64,000 nt of DNA from Thermodesulfobium acidiphilum (GTDB taxonomy: Bacteria > Thermodesulfobiota > Thermodesulfobiia > Thermodesulfobiales > Thermodesulfobiaceae), in NCBI RefSeq assembly GCF_003057965.1, contig NZ_CP020921.1, forward strand, positions 1,228,916-1,292,915. Direction: 5' to 3'. Below are positions 10,114 through 20,105 of the stretch, piece after piece. Made by a program: the position numbers and the translations under genes. The notes below the pieces were generated by a model. The model was not told where the DNA came from. It saw nothing but the letters and a program-made list of their open reading frames with translations, and searched no databases. The stretch's first letter is position 1, and each line of letters begins with the position of its first letter.

Positions 10114-10760
10114 TACATCAAATACACCTTGCTAAGTTTTTTAAAAAAGTCATTAATAAAAACTTTATAAGAGTCAAAATCTGGTGGAGGATCTTGATCT
10201 AAAAGTGTTAAAAGATAATACTTTTGTTCCTGATCCACACCTTTATTCATTTTTTCTATTTGAGAATATGCTAATTTTATCATTCTAACTCGAAGAGGCA
10301 AAAAATCCAAACCATATATGCTTCTCTCTTTAACATTATAAAGATCAGGAAAATACGTAACCTTCTCTAAAGCATTTCTAATATCGAGATAATGTAAGAG
10401 TTTTTGGTCAACCTTGTCTTCTAAGGCCTTACTAAAAATGGGATCATCAATAGGCATAGAATCCTCTTTTAACCTTTGTTCGGCATTTACATAAGCAGAA
10501 AAAAGTTCTTTTGGAACGTCCTGAGCATGTCCAAGTATATACATAGCCCTCAAAGAATTTTCCTCGGAAAGAGATTTTAGTTTTGGAAGGTTTCCTCTTG
10601 AAAATGTATAGAAATATTTGTATGAAAGATCGTTTGCTTTTTTCTCCCAAATTTGAATTATCTCCTGGGACAAATTTACTACATTGGCACCGGCATTTGT
10701 ACTTAAAATGGGAAGGTTGCTTACTGAAAGAAAAACAAATAGGAAAATAGAAAAAGACAA
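10113..10760 (-). CDS. Hypothetical exported helical protein (may start at ATT 10841)
   Basis: Long ORF, signal-like N-terminus ending AGA, stop overlaps next ATG (TAATG). Confidence 0.65.
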   Translation of the reverse strand: MSFSIFLFVFLSVSNLPILSTNAGANVVNLSQEIIQIWEKKANDLSYKYFYTFSRGNLPKLKSLSEENSLRAMYILGHAQDVPKELFSAYVNAEQRLKEDSMPIDDPIFSKALEDKVDQKLLHYLDIRNALEKVTYFPDLYNVKERSIYGLDFLPLRVRMIKLAYSQIEKMNKGVDQEQKYYLLTLLDQDPPPDFDSYKVFINDFFKKLSKVYLM

Positions 10761-10862
10761 TACAAAAAAAGCCTTTTTGAAGGAAGGGAAAATTAAACCA
10801 TCCCTTATATTCTTAATCTTAAAAAAATTTGAATTTATAATACTTTATATTCCTCCAAATAT

Positions 10863-11255
10863 TTATTTTCTTATGTCAATATATTCACTTGAACCAAATT
10901 TACCCTTTAACTCCTTTTGAAGCGCTTCGTTTTTAGCTTGAAGTTCTGAAACTTTTGCTTGGAGTTGGGCTATTTGCGATAAAAGTTTTTGCCTTTCATT
11001 TTGAGTAAATTGATTCTGATTTTCGTAAACATTTTGTTCGTTTGTTGGAATTTTACTTCTTAACATATTGTTTTCTTTAACAAGGGCCGCAATCATTTCC
11101 TGACTTTGTTGAAGCTGTTCTTGAAGATTACTCGTAGAAACTTCCTGCGGTTTAAAGTAAGCAATAGACAACAAAGCAACAAAAACAATTACTAACATAA
11201 AAGCAAAGTCAATAAACGGCATAAGAAAAGTAATACGTCTCTTTGGAGAAGCCAT
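10863..11255 (-). CDS. ExbD/TolR/MotB-like single-TM protein with coiled-coil C-terminus
   Basis: KRRITFLMPFIDFAFMLVIVFV resembles ExbD PxIDxxxxLLIFF with intramembrane Asp; Gln-rich heptad tail. Confidence 0.6.
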   Translation of the reverse strand: MASPKRRITFLMPFIDFAFMLVIVFVALLSIAYFKPQEVSTSNLQEQLQQSQEMIAALVKENNMLRSKIPTNEQNVYENQNQFTQNERQKLLSQIAQLQAKVSELQAKNEALQKELKGKFGSSEYIDIRK

Positions 11256-11256
11256 T

Positions 11257-11658
11257 TTACGAGAGTCTGGCCGAAATAGCTGACAATATTACTGATATCA
11301 AAAGTCCAGTAATTGTCGCCTCAATCTTGATAGAAACGCCATAACCTACCATTTCAACGTTGTGAGCAGCAATAGCAGGGCCGATAACCTGGCCTAAACC
11401 ATATAGGGTTACAACAAGACCTAAACCCTGAGCTACACCGCCCATTGTAATTAGCTTTTCCTGTGGGGTTTCCTTAGAAATAAGACCAGCCCATGCCGCT
11501 CCAACAGGTACTATTGCAGCCCAGACGGTACTTCTTGCAACGAAATAAACCAAAGGAGCTGCTATCAAAAGTAGAAACATTATCATTACAAGATCTATTC
11601 TCTTTTGAACAAATTCTTGCAAAACAGATTTTTTTGTGCTCAAGTCTGTTTTATTCAT
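11257..11658 (-). CDS. Small MotA/TolQ/ExbB-like proton-channel membrane protein
   Basis: LITMGGVAQGLGLVVTLYGL and GVSIKIEATITGLLIS match the ExbB TM2/TM3 pattern including both Thr. Confidence 0.6.
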   Translation of the reverse strand: MNKTDLSTKKSVLQEFVQKRIDLVMIMFLLLIAAPLVYFVARSTVWAAIVPVGAAWAGLISKETPQEKLITMGGVAQGLGLVVTLYGLGQVIGPAIAAHNVEMVGYGVSIKIEATITGLLISVILSAISARLS

Positions 11659-11738
11659 ACTTTAAATTTCACCTTTCACAAAATTAATTTATAGTATTAT
11701 AAGATTTTAGCAGTAAAAACCAAAAAGTCATACTATTT

Positions 11739-12356
11739 CTAAGAATTTTTATTTTTTAAATATTCTTTGAAAATTGTAAAAAATAAAAATAAAACCCCTA
11801 TTAACCACAATAAGGGTATTCCATATTCAATTATTGGAGGATTAGGCATATTAAGAGATACGTTATTAGGTGTATTTATTTGATTTTGCTGATTTTTATT
11901 AAGAGTAATATTTATTGTATTATTACCCTTCCCTACACTCGCACCAAGATTAAGTGCCGTTATCTCTAGTGGAACCATCGTTCTATCCTGATAAATAAAA
12001 GCAGGAGCTAACATCCTTTCTTCTTTATTGTTTACATTTACCTGGGAGCTTTCAATGTAAAACTCTATACTTTTGTCACCCAATGAAACTTTAACTATTC
12101 TATGTTGTTCATCCCATGTTACGGTTGCTTTTAAAGCTTCTGATACAAATCTTACTGGCACATAAATTAGACCATATCTTATTACTGGCGGTACATCACT
12201 TTTAATTTCTTTTCCATCAACAATAATTTTCAAATCGTTAGCAATTTTAATATTTGCATCTAAAATCTTTGACGCGCTAACTGGCGTTTGTTCTTGGGCA
12301 TACGCAGTAGAAATTAAAAAGCACATTACAAAAAAAATGAAAATAAACCTTTTCAT
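11739..12356 (-). CDS. Copper amine oxidase N-terminal (stalk) domain protein with C-terminal membrane anchor
   Basis: Signal peptide AYA; IIVDGKEIKSDVPPVI..YVPVRFVSEALKATVTWD and APAFIYQDRTMVPL; C-terminal TM followed by Lys. Confidence 0.85.
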   Translation of the reverse strand: MKRFIFIFFVMCFLISTAYAQEQTPVSASKILDANIKIANDLKIIVDGKEIKSDVPPVIRYGLIYVPVRFVSEALKATVTWDEQHRIVKVSLGDKSIEFYIESSQVNVNNKEERMLAPAFIYQDRTMVPLEITALNLGASVGKGNNTINITLNKNQQNQINTPNNVSLNMPNPPIIEYGIPLLWLIGVLFLFFTIFKEYLKNKNS

Positions 12357-12449
12357 ATCCTTAAAATCCTATAAATCCATACATATGTTTTTTACTCCCT
12401 ATATAAAAATATTCTTATATTATACACTTCTTTAAAAAATATATCAAAA

Positions 12450-13997
12450 TTACTCCCACTCTATTGTCGCGGGTGGTTTAGAGGATATATCATATACCAC
12501 TCTATTAACTTCATCTACCTCATTTACAATTCTTCTAGCGATCCTATCAAGCAAATCATAAGGTATTCTCGCCCAATCTGCTGTCATTGCATCATCGCTA
12601 GAAACTATTCTTACTACTACTGGATAAGAATAAGTACGCCTATCTCCCATAACTCCTACACTTTTTATTGGCAAAAGCACGGCAAAAGCTTGCCATACAT
12701 CTCTATATAATCCAGCATTAAAAATCTCTTCACGGACAATCGCATCAGCATCTCTCAAAATTCTTAATTTTTCTCTTGTTATTTCACCCACAATTCTTAT
12801 GGCAAGACCTGGCCCAGGAAAGGGATGCCTATAAACAATTTCTTCAGGAAGGCCAAGCTCTAAAGCAAGATTTCTTACCTCATCTTTAAATAAATTTCTA
12901 AACGGCTCAAGAAGTTTAAACTTCATATCCTTGGGGAGACCAGCAACATTATGGTGCGATTTTATCCTCACTGCTTTACCGCCAACGCTAACAGCACTCT
13001 CTATTACATCGGGATATAGAGTGCCCTGCACCAACCAATCGAAATCTCCAATTCCTTTTATTGCATCTTCGAATGTCCTTATAAATTCTTCACCAATAAT
13101 CTTTCTTTTATGTTCTGGATCTGATACTCCTTCTAGTTTTGACAGAAATCTTTCTCTTGCATCAATAAACTTTACATTCAAATGGAACTCTTCATCAAAT
13201 ATCCTTTTAATATCTCTATTTTCATTTTTTCTCATAAGACCCGTATCAACATAAAAGCAAGTAAGATTATCACCTATAGCTTTGTGAACCAAAACAGCAG
13301 CAGCACTGGAATCAACTCCACCAGAAAGTGCACATATTACTTTTTGATTGCCAACCATTTCTCTAATTTTAGATATAGAATCTTGTATAAAGGTAGCCAT
13401 AGACCATGTAGGTTTTGCTTTACAAATATTAAAAACAAAATTTCTTATTATTAACTGGCCCTGTTCTGTATGAGCCACTTCAGGATGAAACTGCACTGCA
13501 TAAATATTTTTTTCAGGAGAACAAACGCTTGCAAGCTTTTTATTTTCAGTTATAGCAAGACAACAAAAACCTTCTGGTAAAATCTTTACTTCGTCTCCAT
13601 GACTCATCCAAACGTTAATTTCATTGGTAATATTTTTGAAAAGTAGATTTTCACCTTCAAATTTTATTTTTGTTCTGCCATACTCGTGCTTTTTACCCTG
13701 TTCTACGTGACCACCAAGTTGTTGAGAAATCAGTTGCATGCCATAACAAATGCCTAAAATTGGAATTCCCATATTTAATATTTCAGAATCCATTTTAGGA
13801 GCGTCCTCGTCATAAACAGAATTAGGACCACCCGAAAGGATAATCCCCTTTGGATTAAGCCTAGTAAGTTCCCTCGCAGTTATAGTAGGAGGAAAAAGCT
13901 CAGAATATACAGAACATTCCCTTACTCTTCTTGCAATAAGTTGACTATATTGTGAGCCAAAATCTATTACTGCAATAAGATCCCTCTCAGAAGCCAT
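12450..13997 (-). CDS. guaA: GMP synthase (glutamine-hydrolysing)
   Basis: [39 protein letters not shown]. Confidence 0.98.
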   Translation of the reverse strand: MASERDLIAVIDFGSQYSQLIARRVRECSVYSELFPPTITARELTRLNPKGIILSGGPNSVYDEDAPKMDSEILNMGIPILGICYGMQLISQQLGGHVEQGKKHEYGRTKIKFEGENLLFKNITNEINVWMSHGDEVKILPEGFCCLAITENKKLASVCSPEKNIYAVQFHPEVAHTEQGQLIIRNFVFNICKAKPTWSMATFIQDSISKIREMVGNQKVICALSGGVDSSAAAVLVHKAIGDNLTCFYVDTGLMRKNENRDIKRIFDEEFHLNVKFIDARERFLSKLEGVSDPEHKRKIIGEEFIRTFEDAIKGIGDFDWLVQGTLYPDVIESAVSVGGKAVRIKSHHNVAGLPKDMKFKLLEPFRNLFKDEVRNLALELGLPEEIVYRHPFPGPGLAIRIVGEITREKLRILRDADAIVREEIFNAGLYRDVWQAFAVLLPIKSVGVMGDRRTYSYPVVVRIVSSDDAMTADWARIPYDLLDRIARRIVNEVDEVNRVVYDISSKPPATIEWE

Positions 13998-15163
13998 TAC
14001 TTACCCATCCCAAGCTTTTGGGCTTTCTGATAGACTTTCCCCTCAGTAAGAAGAGATGGTGCAACAATAACTTCTATGTTGTGTAATTCTCTAATAGTCT
14101 TAACTCCAAGAGTTGCCAGGGACAAAACCATAGCCCCAGCTATATTATGACATCCATAATCGAACCTAGCAGGACCTACTAATATCTCCTTAAGAGTTCC
14201 AACTGTTCCTACTCTTATCCTCGTTCCTCTTGGCAAAACCGAATTAGGTGTAGCCATACCCCAATGAAAACCCATTCCAGGGGCTTCTTGAGCTCTTGCT
14301 ATAGGCGAACCTATCATAACCGCATCTGCACCCACGGCTAATGCTTTAATCATATCTCCTGAGTTTACCATACCGCCATCAGCAATTATGGGTATATATT
14401 TTCCAGTTTCATTGAAAAACATATCTCTTGCAGCTGCTGCTTCACTTATAGCAGTAGCTTGAGGCACACCAATACCTAAAACTCCTCTTGTCGTACATGC
14501 TGCACCTGGTCCAACTCCTATCAAAACTGCGCTTGCTCCCTGTCTCATAAGACCAATAGTAGAAGAAAATCCAACCGTGTTTCCTACAATTACTGGAATT
14601 TCCATCATAGAACAAAATTCTTTTATATTCAAAATATTTCCTTTACTGCTTATATGCTTTGGTGCAATAACAGTTGCCTGAAGAACAAATATATCTGCTC
14701 CAGCATCCCTTGCAATAGGGCCAAATTCAGCAGCCATTTGAGGTACACTCGATACTGCGGCAATTGCTCCATGTGACTTTACTTCTTGTATTCTCTTTAC
14801 TATAAGATCAGGTTTAATCGGTTCTTCATAAAGTCTTTGCATTACAGTTACAAAATCATCTGTTGAAGCTGCGGCAATTTCTTCAAGTACAGGAAGGGGG
14901 TCATCATATCTCGTTTGAATGCCCTGCAAATTGATTACTCCCAAAGCACCATATTTTGAAAGCTCTACTGCAATAAAAGGATTCACTACAGAATCCATTG
15001 CTGATGCAATAACAGGAATGCTAAATTCATAACAACCAATTTTAACGGATATATCTACATCTTCCGGATCAATAGTTCTTTCCGTTGGTCTTAATGCAAT
15101 TTCGTCAAGACCATAACCCCTTCTTGTAATTTTAAACTTTGAAATCTCTTCCACTAATAACAT
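13997..15163 (-). CDS. guaB: GuaB3-type IMP dehydrogenase (no CBS domains)
   Basis: [14 protein letters not shown], catalytic [23 protein letters not shown]; overlaps guaA by 1 nt. Confidence 0.9.
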   Translation of the reverse strand: MLLVEEISKFKITRRGYGLDEIALRPTERTIDPEDVDISVKIGCYEFSIPVIASAMDSVVNPFIAVELSKYGALGVINLQGIQTRYDDPLPVLEEIAAASTDDFVTVMQRLYEEPIKPDLIVKRIQEVKSHGAIAAVSSVPQMAAEFGPIARDAGADIFVLQATVIAPKHISSKGNILNIKEFCSMMEIPVIVGNTVGFSSTIGLMRQGASAVLIGVGPGAACTTRGVLGIGVPQATAISEAAAARDMFFNETGKYIPIIADGGMVNSGDMIKALAVGADAVMIGSPIARAQEAPGMGFHWGMATPNSVLPRGTRIRVGTVGTLKEILVGPARFDYGCHNIAGAMVLSLATLGVKTIRELHNIEVIVAPSLLTEGKVYQKAQKLGMGK

Positions 15164-15186
15164 ACCTCCTCAAACGGATTAATTTT

Positions 15187-16029
15187 CTAATATCTTACAT
15201 AATTTGTATTATCTGAGCAAACATTTCCCTGAAGAAGCATTTTTAAGGTTACTGTATTTAACGGTATAAAATCGAACCTATCTCCCAAAAAGGCAGCTAC
15301 TTTAAACAAAGATAAAGGAACTGGTACAAAGATAATTTTTTTTTCAACAATTTTTGCTATATATTCTATAAGTTCTCGAAAACTCATTTCTTCCTCACCA
15401 CATATTTTTATAACATTTGACTCTAAGCTACCATTCACAAGTTCTTCAGCAGCTTTTATAATTCTTTCAGCAACAACTTCTACCCTTATTGGAGAAAACT
15501 TTGCATCAATTTTAGGAAGAGGGAAAAAACCTAAACTTAATGGCATTGACAAATCCTTTACTATCCCTTCCTTTTCACCAATTACAATTGATGGTCTAAT
15601 TATTGCATACTTTAAACCACTAGATTTTATCTTTTCTTCGGCCTGATACTTATACTTAAAGTAATCAGTGAGCTCTTTACCCTTCTCTACTCCATTGGCA
15701 CTCATTTGCACTAATGGAATATTTTTATCAAATTCAACTATAGAATCTATTAAATTGGATGCTGCATCAAAATGCATTGCCTTAAAGGTTATCCCTCTTT
15801 CTGGCACCTCTTTAATTATGCCAACAAGATTAATTACAACGTCTGGTTTTAATTTTAAAGCATCTTTTATTGAACTTTTATCAAGAATGTCACCTTTTAT
15901 ATATTCGACATTTTCCCCTTCAATTTTTCTTTTATGAGAAAAAACTATAACTTTATTATCTTTATCAAGTAAAGTTTTTACTACTTGTTTACCAATAAAT
16001 CCTGTTCCTCCAAAAATTAAAACTTTCAT
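15187..16029 (-). CDS. NAD-dependent epimerase/SDR, NDUFA9-like
   Basis: GGTGFIG, VINLVGII, YFKYK, IIRPSIV. Confidence 0.85.
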   Translation of the reverse strand: MKVLIFGGTGFIGKQVVKTLLDKDNKVIVFSHKRKIEGENVEYIKGDILDKSSIKDALKLKPDVVINLVGIIKEVPERGITFKAMHFDAASNLIDSIVEFDKNIPLVQMSANGVEKGKELTDYFKYKYQAEEKIKSSGLKYAIIRPSIVIGEKEGIVKDLSMPLSLGFFPLPKIDAKFSPIRVEVVAERIIKAAEELVNGSLESNVIKICGEEEMSFRELIEYIAKIVEKKIIFVPVPLSLFKVAAFLGDRFDFIPLNTVTLKMLLQGNVCSDNTNYVRY

Positions 16030-16099
16030 TTTCACCTCAAATAAAATTTATTAATATATCTTAAAAAATTTAAAGAACAATTGCAAACGTAATAATTTT

Positions 16100-16567
16100 C
16101 TAACAGCTTTTTATTCTTTTCAAAATGTTAGTTGTAGAAAAATCTTTATAAAAGGGGAAAATTTCAACTCTTCCACCATATCGATACACAGTTTCAGCTT
16201 CTGGAAGATCTTCAATCTTATAGTCTCCACCTTTAACATGGATTAATGGTCTTAATCTTTCAATCGATGATATGGGATTATGTTCATTAAAGATAAAGCA
16301 ATAATCTACAAATCTAATAGAAGCAACAACAACAGCTCTATTTTCCTGTTTATTTATGGGTCTTAAATCACCTTTTAATGCTTTAACTGAACTATCAGAA
16401 TTTATCCCAACAACCAAACAATCTCCTAAAGCTTTTGCAAACTCGAATAGTCTAATATGGCCTTCATGTATAATATCAAAACATCCATTTGTGAATACAA
16501 CTCTTCTGCCCTCAACTAGCAAAATTATTTCATCTAAAGTTTTAAATACATCCGAAATTTTTTCCAA
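16100..16567 (-). CDS. rfaE2: D-glycero-beta-D-manno-heptose 1-phosphate adenylyltransferase (RfaE domain II)
   Basis: FTNGCFDIIHEGH, NSDSSV, KGGDY, STT. Confidence 0.92.
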   Translation of the reverse strand: MEKISDVFKTLDEIILLVEGRRVVFTNGCFDIIHEGHIRLFEFAKALGDCLVVGINSDSSVKALKGDLRPINKQENRAVVVASIRFVDYCFIFNEHNPISSIERLRPLIHVKGGDYKIEDLPEAETVYRYGGRVEIFPFYKDFSTTNILKRIKSC

Positions 16568-16621
16568 GTTTTTAAAACCTTTCTGTTAAGATTGTTTAAA
16601 TTTAAAAATAACTTACTAAAT

Positions 16622-17644
16622 TTATTCACCCTTTTCCGAATTTAGAACAATTTTATTGTACAAATCTCTAATTTCCTCTTCCCTAAGGTATCTTTCTATT
16701 TCATTAATATTAGTAGTTGAGGTCCCAACTTTTCTTACAACTATCGCTGCAGCAACGTTTGCCAAAAATGTTGAATGAATCATATCAAAACCAGACATTA
16801 ATGATAATGTTAAAACTGCAGTAACTGTATCTCCTGCACCCGTTACATCATAAACTTCGCTCGAAAATGCTGGAAAATTTATAGTTAATTCTTCAGTAAA
16901 AAGAGAAATTCCATCAGCACCTCTTGTAATGTGAACAGCTTTACTGCCCAAAAGTCTTAGAAGTTCTCGCCCTGACCGAATAATATCTTCTTCACTCATT
17001 AATTTTCTATCAAAAATTGCCTCAACCTCTTTTAGGTTAGGAGCAACTGTAGTAAAACCTTTAAATAATAAATAATTTTTTGCTTTGGAATCGGCTACAC
17101 AAACTCTATTATCAATTGAATTTATCAAAAATTCTATTACATCTTCAGTAATTAATCCTTTTCTATAATCAGAAACTATTATAGCGCCGCACTCAGGTAT
17201 TTGTTTTTTTAAAGAATTTATTACTCCCTGAAGCTCCTCACCATCAATCTGACTTGGGTCTTCGCTATCCACCCTTAAAACCTGTTGTTTTCTTGCAATC
17301 AATCTAAGCTTTCTCGTTGTAGGCCTTTTTTTAGAAACGATCAAACCAGATGTGTCTATATTTGAATCAAATAAAAGTTTCTTAAGTCTATCTGATTCAA
17401 CATCATCGCCAACAATCCCAACAATAGAGACATTTGCCCCCAAAGAAGTCAAATTTTTTGCAACATTTGCAGATCCGCCAAGTCTAAATTCGCTACTGAG
17501 ATATTTTAAAACTGGAACTGGAGCTTCAGGAGAAATCCTTTCCATATCTCCAAACCAATATTCATCAAGCATAATATCGCCAATAACTAAAATCTTCTTA
17601 GATGTATTGAATTTTAAAGGAAAACTATGAATTTCAGAAAACAT
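16622..17644 (-). CDS. rfaE1: D-glycero-beta-D-manno-heptose-7-phosphate kinase (RfaE domain I)
   Basis: GDIMLDEY, RISPEAPVPV, GGSANVA, SDYRKG, DVTGAGDTV. Confidence 0.92.
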   Translation of the reverse strand: MFSEIHSFPLKFNTSKKILVIGDIMLDEYWFGDMERISPEAPVPVLKYLSSEFRLGGSANVAKNLTSLGANVSIVGIVGDDVESDRLKKLLFDSNIDTSGLIVSKKRPTTRKLRLIARKQQVLRVDSEDPSQIDGEELQGVINSLKKQIPECGAIIVSDYRKGLITEDVIEFLINSIDNRVCVADSKAKNYLLFKGFTTVAPNLKEVEAIFDRKLMSEEDIIRSGRELLRLLGSKAVHITRGADGISLFTEELTINFPAFSSEVYDVTGAGDTVTAVLTLSLMSGFDMIHSTFLANVAAAIVVRKVGTSTTNINEIERYLREEEIRDLYNKIVLNSEKGE

Positions 17645-17676
17645 ACAAATCCTTTCTAAAATTTATTATGCATTGA

Positions 17677-18876
17677 TTAGAGAATTTTTTTCTTAACAAA
17701 ACAAATAATCTTTTTAATAGCACAAATAACATCATCCACATCCTTTTCTGTTATATTTGCACCTATTGGAACAGAGAAAATTTTTTTACCTAATTTTGTG
17801 GCAACAGGAAATTCACTTTCTTTCAGAGAATATTTTTCTTTATAATATTTTTGCATGTGAAGTGGTAAATAATGTATTCCAGTACCAATATTTTCGTACT
17901 TTAGTGCTTCCATCATAAAGTCTCTTGATAAAGAATCATCAGTTATTTTTAAAATGAATAAATGATAAGAAGGCTTTCTCCTATCAAATGAATATTCAAT
18001 AGGCTCTATTTCATCAATTTCTGAAAGCCTATTAATATACATCTTAGCAATTTCATCTCTTATCTTCCAATACCTTTCTATTTTTTCAAGCTGCTTTATC
18101 CCTAATGCAGCTTGAATATCGGTCATATTATATTTAAATCCTGGTTCAATCACCTCATAGTGTTTAAAACCCTCAGAAGAATATCTCTTCCAAGCATCTC
18201 TCGATATGCCATGAAGTGATAATATTCTTCCTCTTCCATAAGATTTATCATCCTTAACAACCAACATACCACCTTCAGCTGTAGTAATATTTTTCGTGGC
18301 ATAAAAGCTATAGCTTGAAAAATCTCCATAATAAGAAATCTTTTTGCCATCCCACTCAGTCTCAATAGCATGAGCAGCATCATTAATCCAAACAAGATTG
18401 TATCTTTTTACTATTTTACTAACTTTTTCAATGTTACACGAATTTCCTGCCATATGAACAGATATCAAGGCTCTTGTTCTTTCGTTAATTTTAGATTCAA
18501 TCAAGTCTTCATCAAAGTTAAGATCTGATTCTTTTATGTCGACAAAGACAGGTTTTGCTCCGACATGTTCAATTACATTTGCACTCGATGCAAAGGTTAG
18601 AGTGGTTGTAATAACTTCATCATTATTTCCAATCCCAGAAAGAACAAGTGCAAGGAAAAGACCTGCTGTACAAGAATTAAGAGCAATACAGTTTTTTACA
18701 CCAATATATTCAGAAAACTTTTCTTCAAATTTTTTTACTCTTGGTCCTGTCGAAATCCAGCCTGATTTTAGTGTTGCCACTACTTCTTCAATTTCATCCT
18801 CTTCAATCCTTGGTTTTCCAAAAACCAAAAAACTTTCCCTTTGGGATTTTCCGCCTTCTAATGCTATCTTTTCCAA
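17677..18876 (-). CDS. DegT/DnrJ/EryC1/StrS PLP aminotransferase
   Basis: SGWISTGP, NSCTAGL, DAAHA, SFYATKNITTAEGG, GFKYNMTD. Confidence 0.92.
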   Translation of the reverse strand: MEKIALEGGKSQRESFLVFGKPRIEEDEIEEVVATLKSGWISTGPRVKKFEEKFSEYIGVKNCIALNSCTAGLFLALVLSGIGNNDEVITTTLTFASSANVIEHVGAKPVFVDIKESDLNFDEDLIESKINERTRALISVHMAGNSCNIEKVSKIVKRYNLVWINDAAHAIETEWDGKKISYYGDFSSYSFYATKNITTAEGGMLVVKDDKSYGRGRILSLHGISRDAWKRYSSEGFKHYEVIEPGFKYNMTDIQAALGIKQLEKIERYWKIRDEIAKMYINRLSEIDEIEPIEYSFDRRKPSYHLFILKITDDSLSRDFMMEALKYENIGTGIHYLPLHMQKYYKEKYSLKESEFPVATKLGKKIFSVPIGANITEKDVDDVICAIKKIICFVKKKIL

Positions 18877-18925
18877 AAAAAGCCTCCTAAATTGTTTTGT
18901 AAAACACAGTTATTGAGATTTACCA

Positions 18926-20026
18926 TTACCTTAAGAGTGATTTATAGATTTCAAAATATGACTTTACCATTTTATTAAGTGAAAAATTCTCAATTGCGTG
19001 CTTTTTCCCTTCCTCTACAATCTTTATTATACTTTCATCTTTATTAAAAAACTTGGTTAAAAATTCTTTTATAGAACCATATAACAATTCTGGATCAGGA
19101 TTTACTAAAAAACCAGTTTTATTATTAATAATTATCTCATTAGTTCCAGCAATATCAGTCGCTATTACCGGTACTTCCATTAAAAGTGCTTCTATTAAAA
19201 TTGTTGGCAATCCTTCCTTTTCTATTGAAGAAGAGACATAAAGATCAAACGAACACAGAAGCTCGACCAGGTCTTCTCTTCTACCAAGAAAAATTATATC
19301 TTTTTCGATCTTTAATTTTTTTGCAAGTTGTTTGAGCTCAAATTCAAGCTCTCCATCTCCAACCACGACAAGAGAAATTGCCTTATCCTTATAATCATCT
19401 TTAATTTTTCTAAAGGACTCAAAAAGAACTTTATGTCCCTTCATGGGAGACAACCTTGCCACAATACCTATAGAGAAGGTTTCAGGAGTAATGCCAATTC
19501 TAGATTTAGCCTGTTCTTTGCTTATTCTTTTTGAAAAATAATCTTCGAAATTAATACCATTATATATTTGCGTAATACTCCCTGAAAAACCCCTTCTAAT
19601 AAAATCTCTTTCCACAGATTTAGAACATGCTACAACGATGTCTGAGTTTAAAAAATACTTTATGGAACTAACCTTTTGTGCACTTGAAACAACCTTTACC
19701 TTAGTTAATTTTTTTGCCATTCCAGCATAAAGAGCTGCTCTTGATAATTGTGAGTGAACAATATCAATATTTTGATTTCTAATAATACTAACCAATTTAA
19801 AATAAGAAAATGGATCAAAAAAGCCTTTAAATTTAATAGGAATAATATTAAAGGCTGGCTTATTCGCCAGCCTAATTTTATATTCACTTAAGAAATCATA
19901 AGTATAGCCACTATCTGGCATACCTATAAAATTTTCTACACCATATTCACATAGACCACATACAAAGTTAACAAAAGTTTTTTGCCAACTAAGATTACCC
20001 TCATTCAAAAGGTGTAAAATTTTCAT
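18926..20026 (-). CDS. Glycosyltransferase family 4
   Basis: IYNGI, VARLSPMKGH, EGLPTILIEA (EX7E). Confidence 0.9.
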   Translation of the reverse strand: MKILHLLNEGNLSWQKTFVNFVCGLCEYGVENFIGMPDSGYTYDFLSEYKIRLANKPAFNIIPIKFKGFFDPFSYFKLVSIIRNQNIDIVHSQLSRAALYAGMAKKLTKVKVVSSAQKVSSIKYFLNSDIVVACSKSVERDFIRRGFSGSITQIYNGINFEDYFSKRISKEQAKSRIGITPETFSIGIVARLSPMKGHKVLFESFRKIKDDYKDKAISLVVVGDGELEFELKQLAKKLKIEKDIIFLGRREDLVELLCSFDLYVSSSIEKEGLPTILIEALLMEVPVIATDIAGTNEIIINNKTGFLVNPDPELLYGSIKEFLTKFFNKDESIIKIVEEGKKHAIENFSLNKMVKSYFEIYKSLLR

Positions 20027-20105
20027 AAACTAATTCATTGTTTAATGTTTATCAAATTACTTCAAACTTTCACCTAAAAGAGCTGAAAGCACAATTAATC
20101 TTCTG

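Noticed and set aside
10863-11658. Zorya (ZorAB) or flagellar MotAB assignment
   Set aside because: No long ZorA tail, no OmpA-like domain, and no zorC/D/E or flagellar genes nearby
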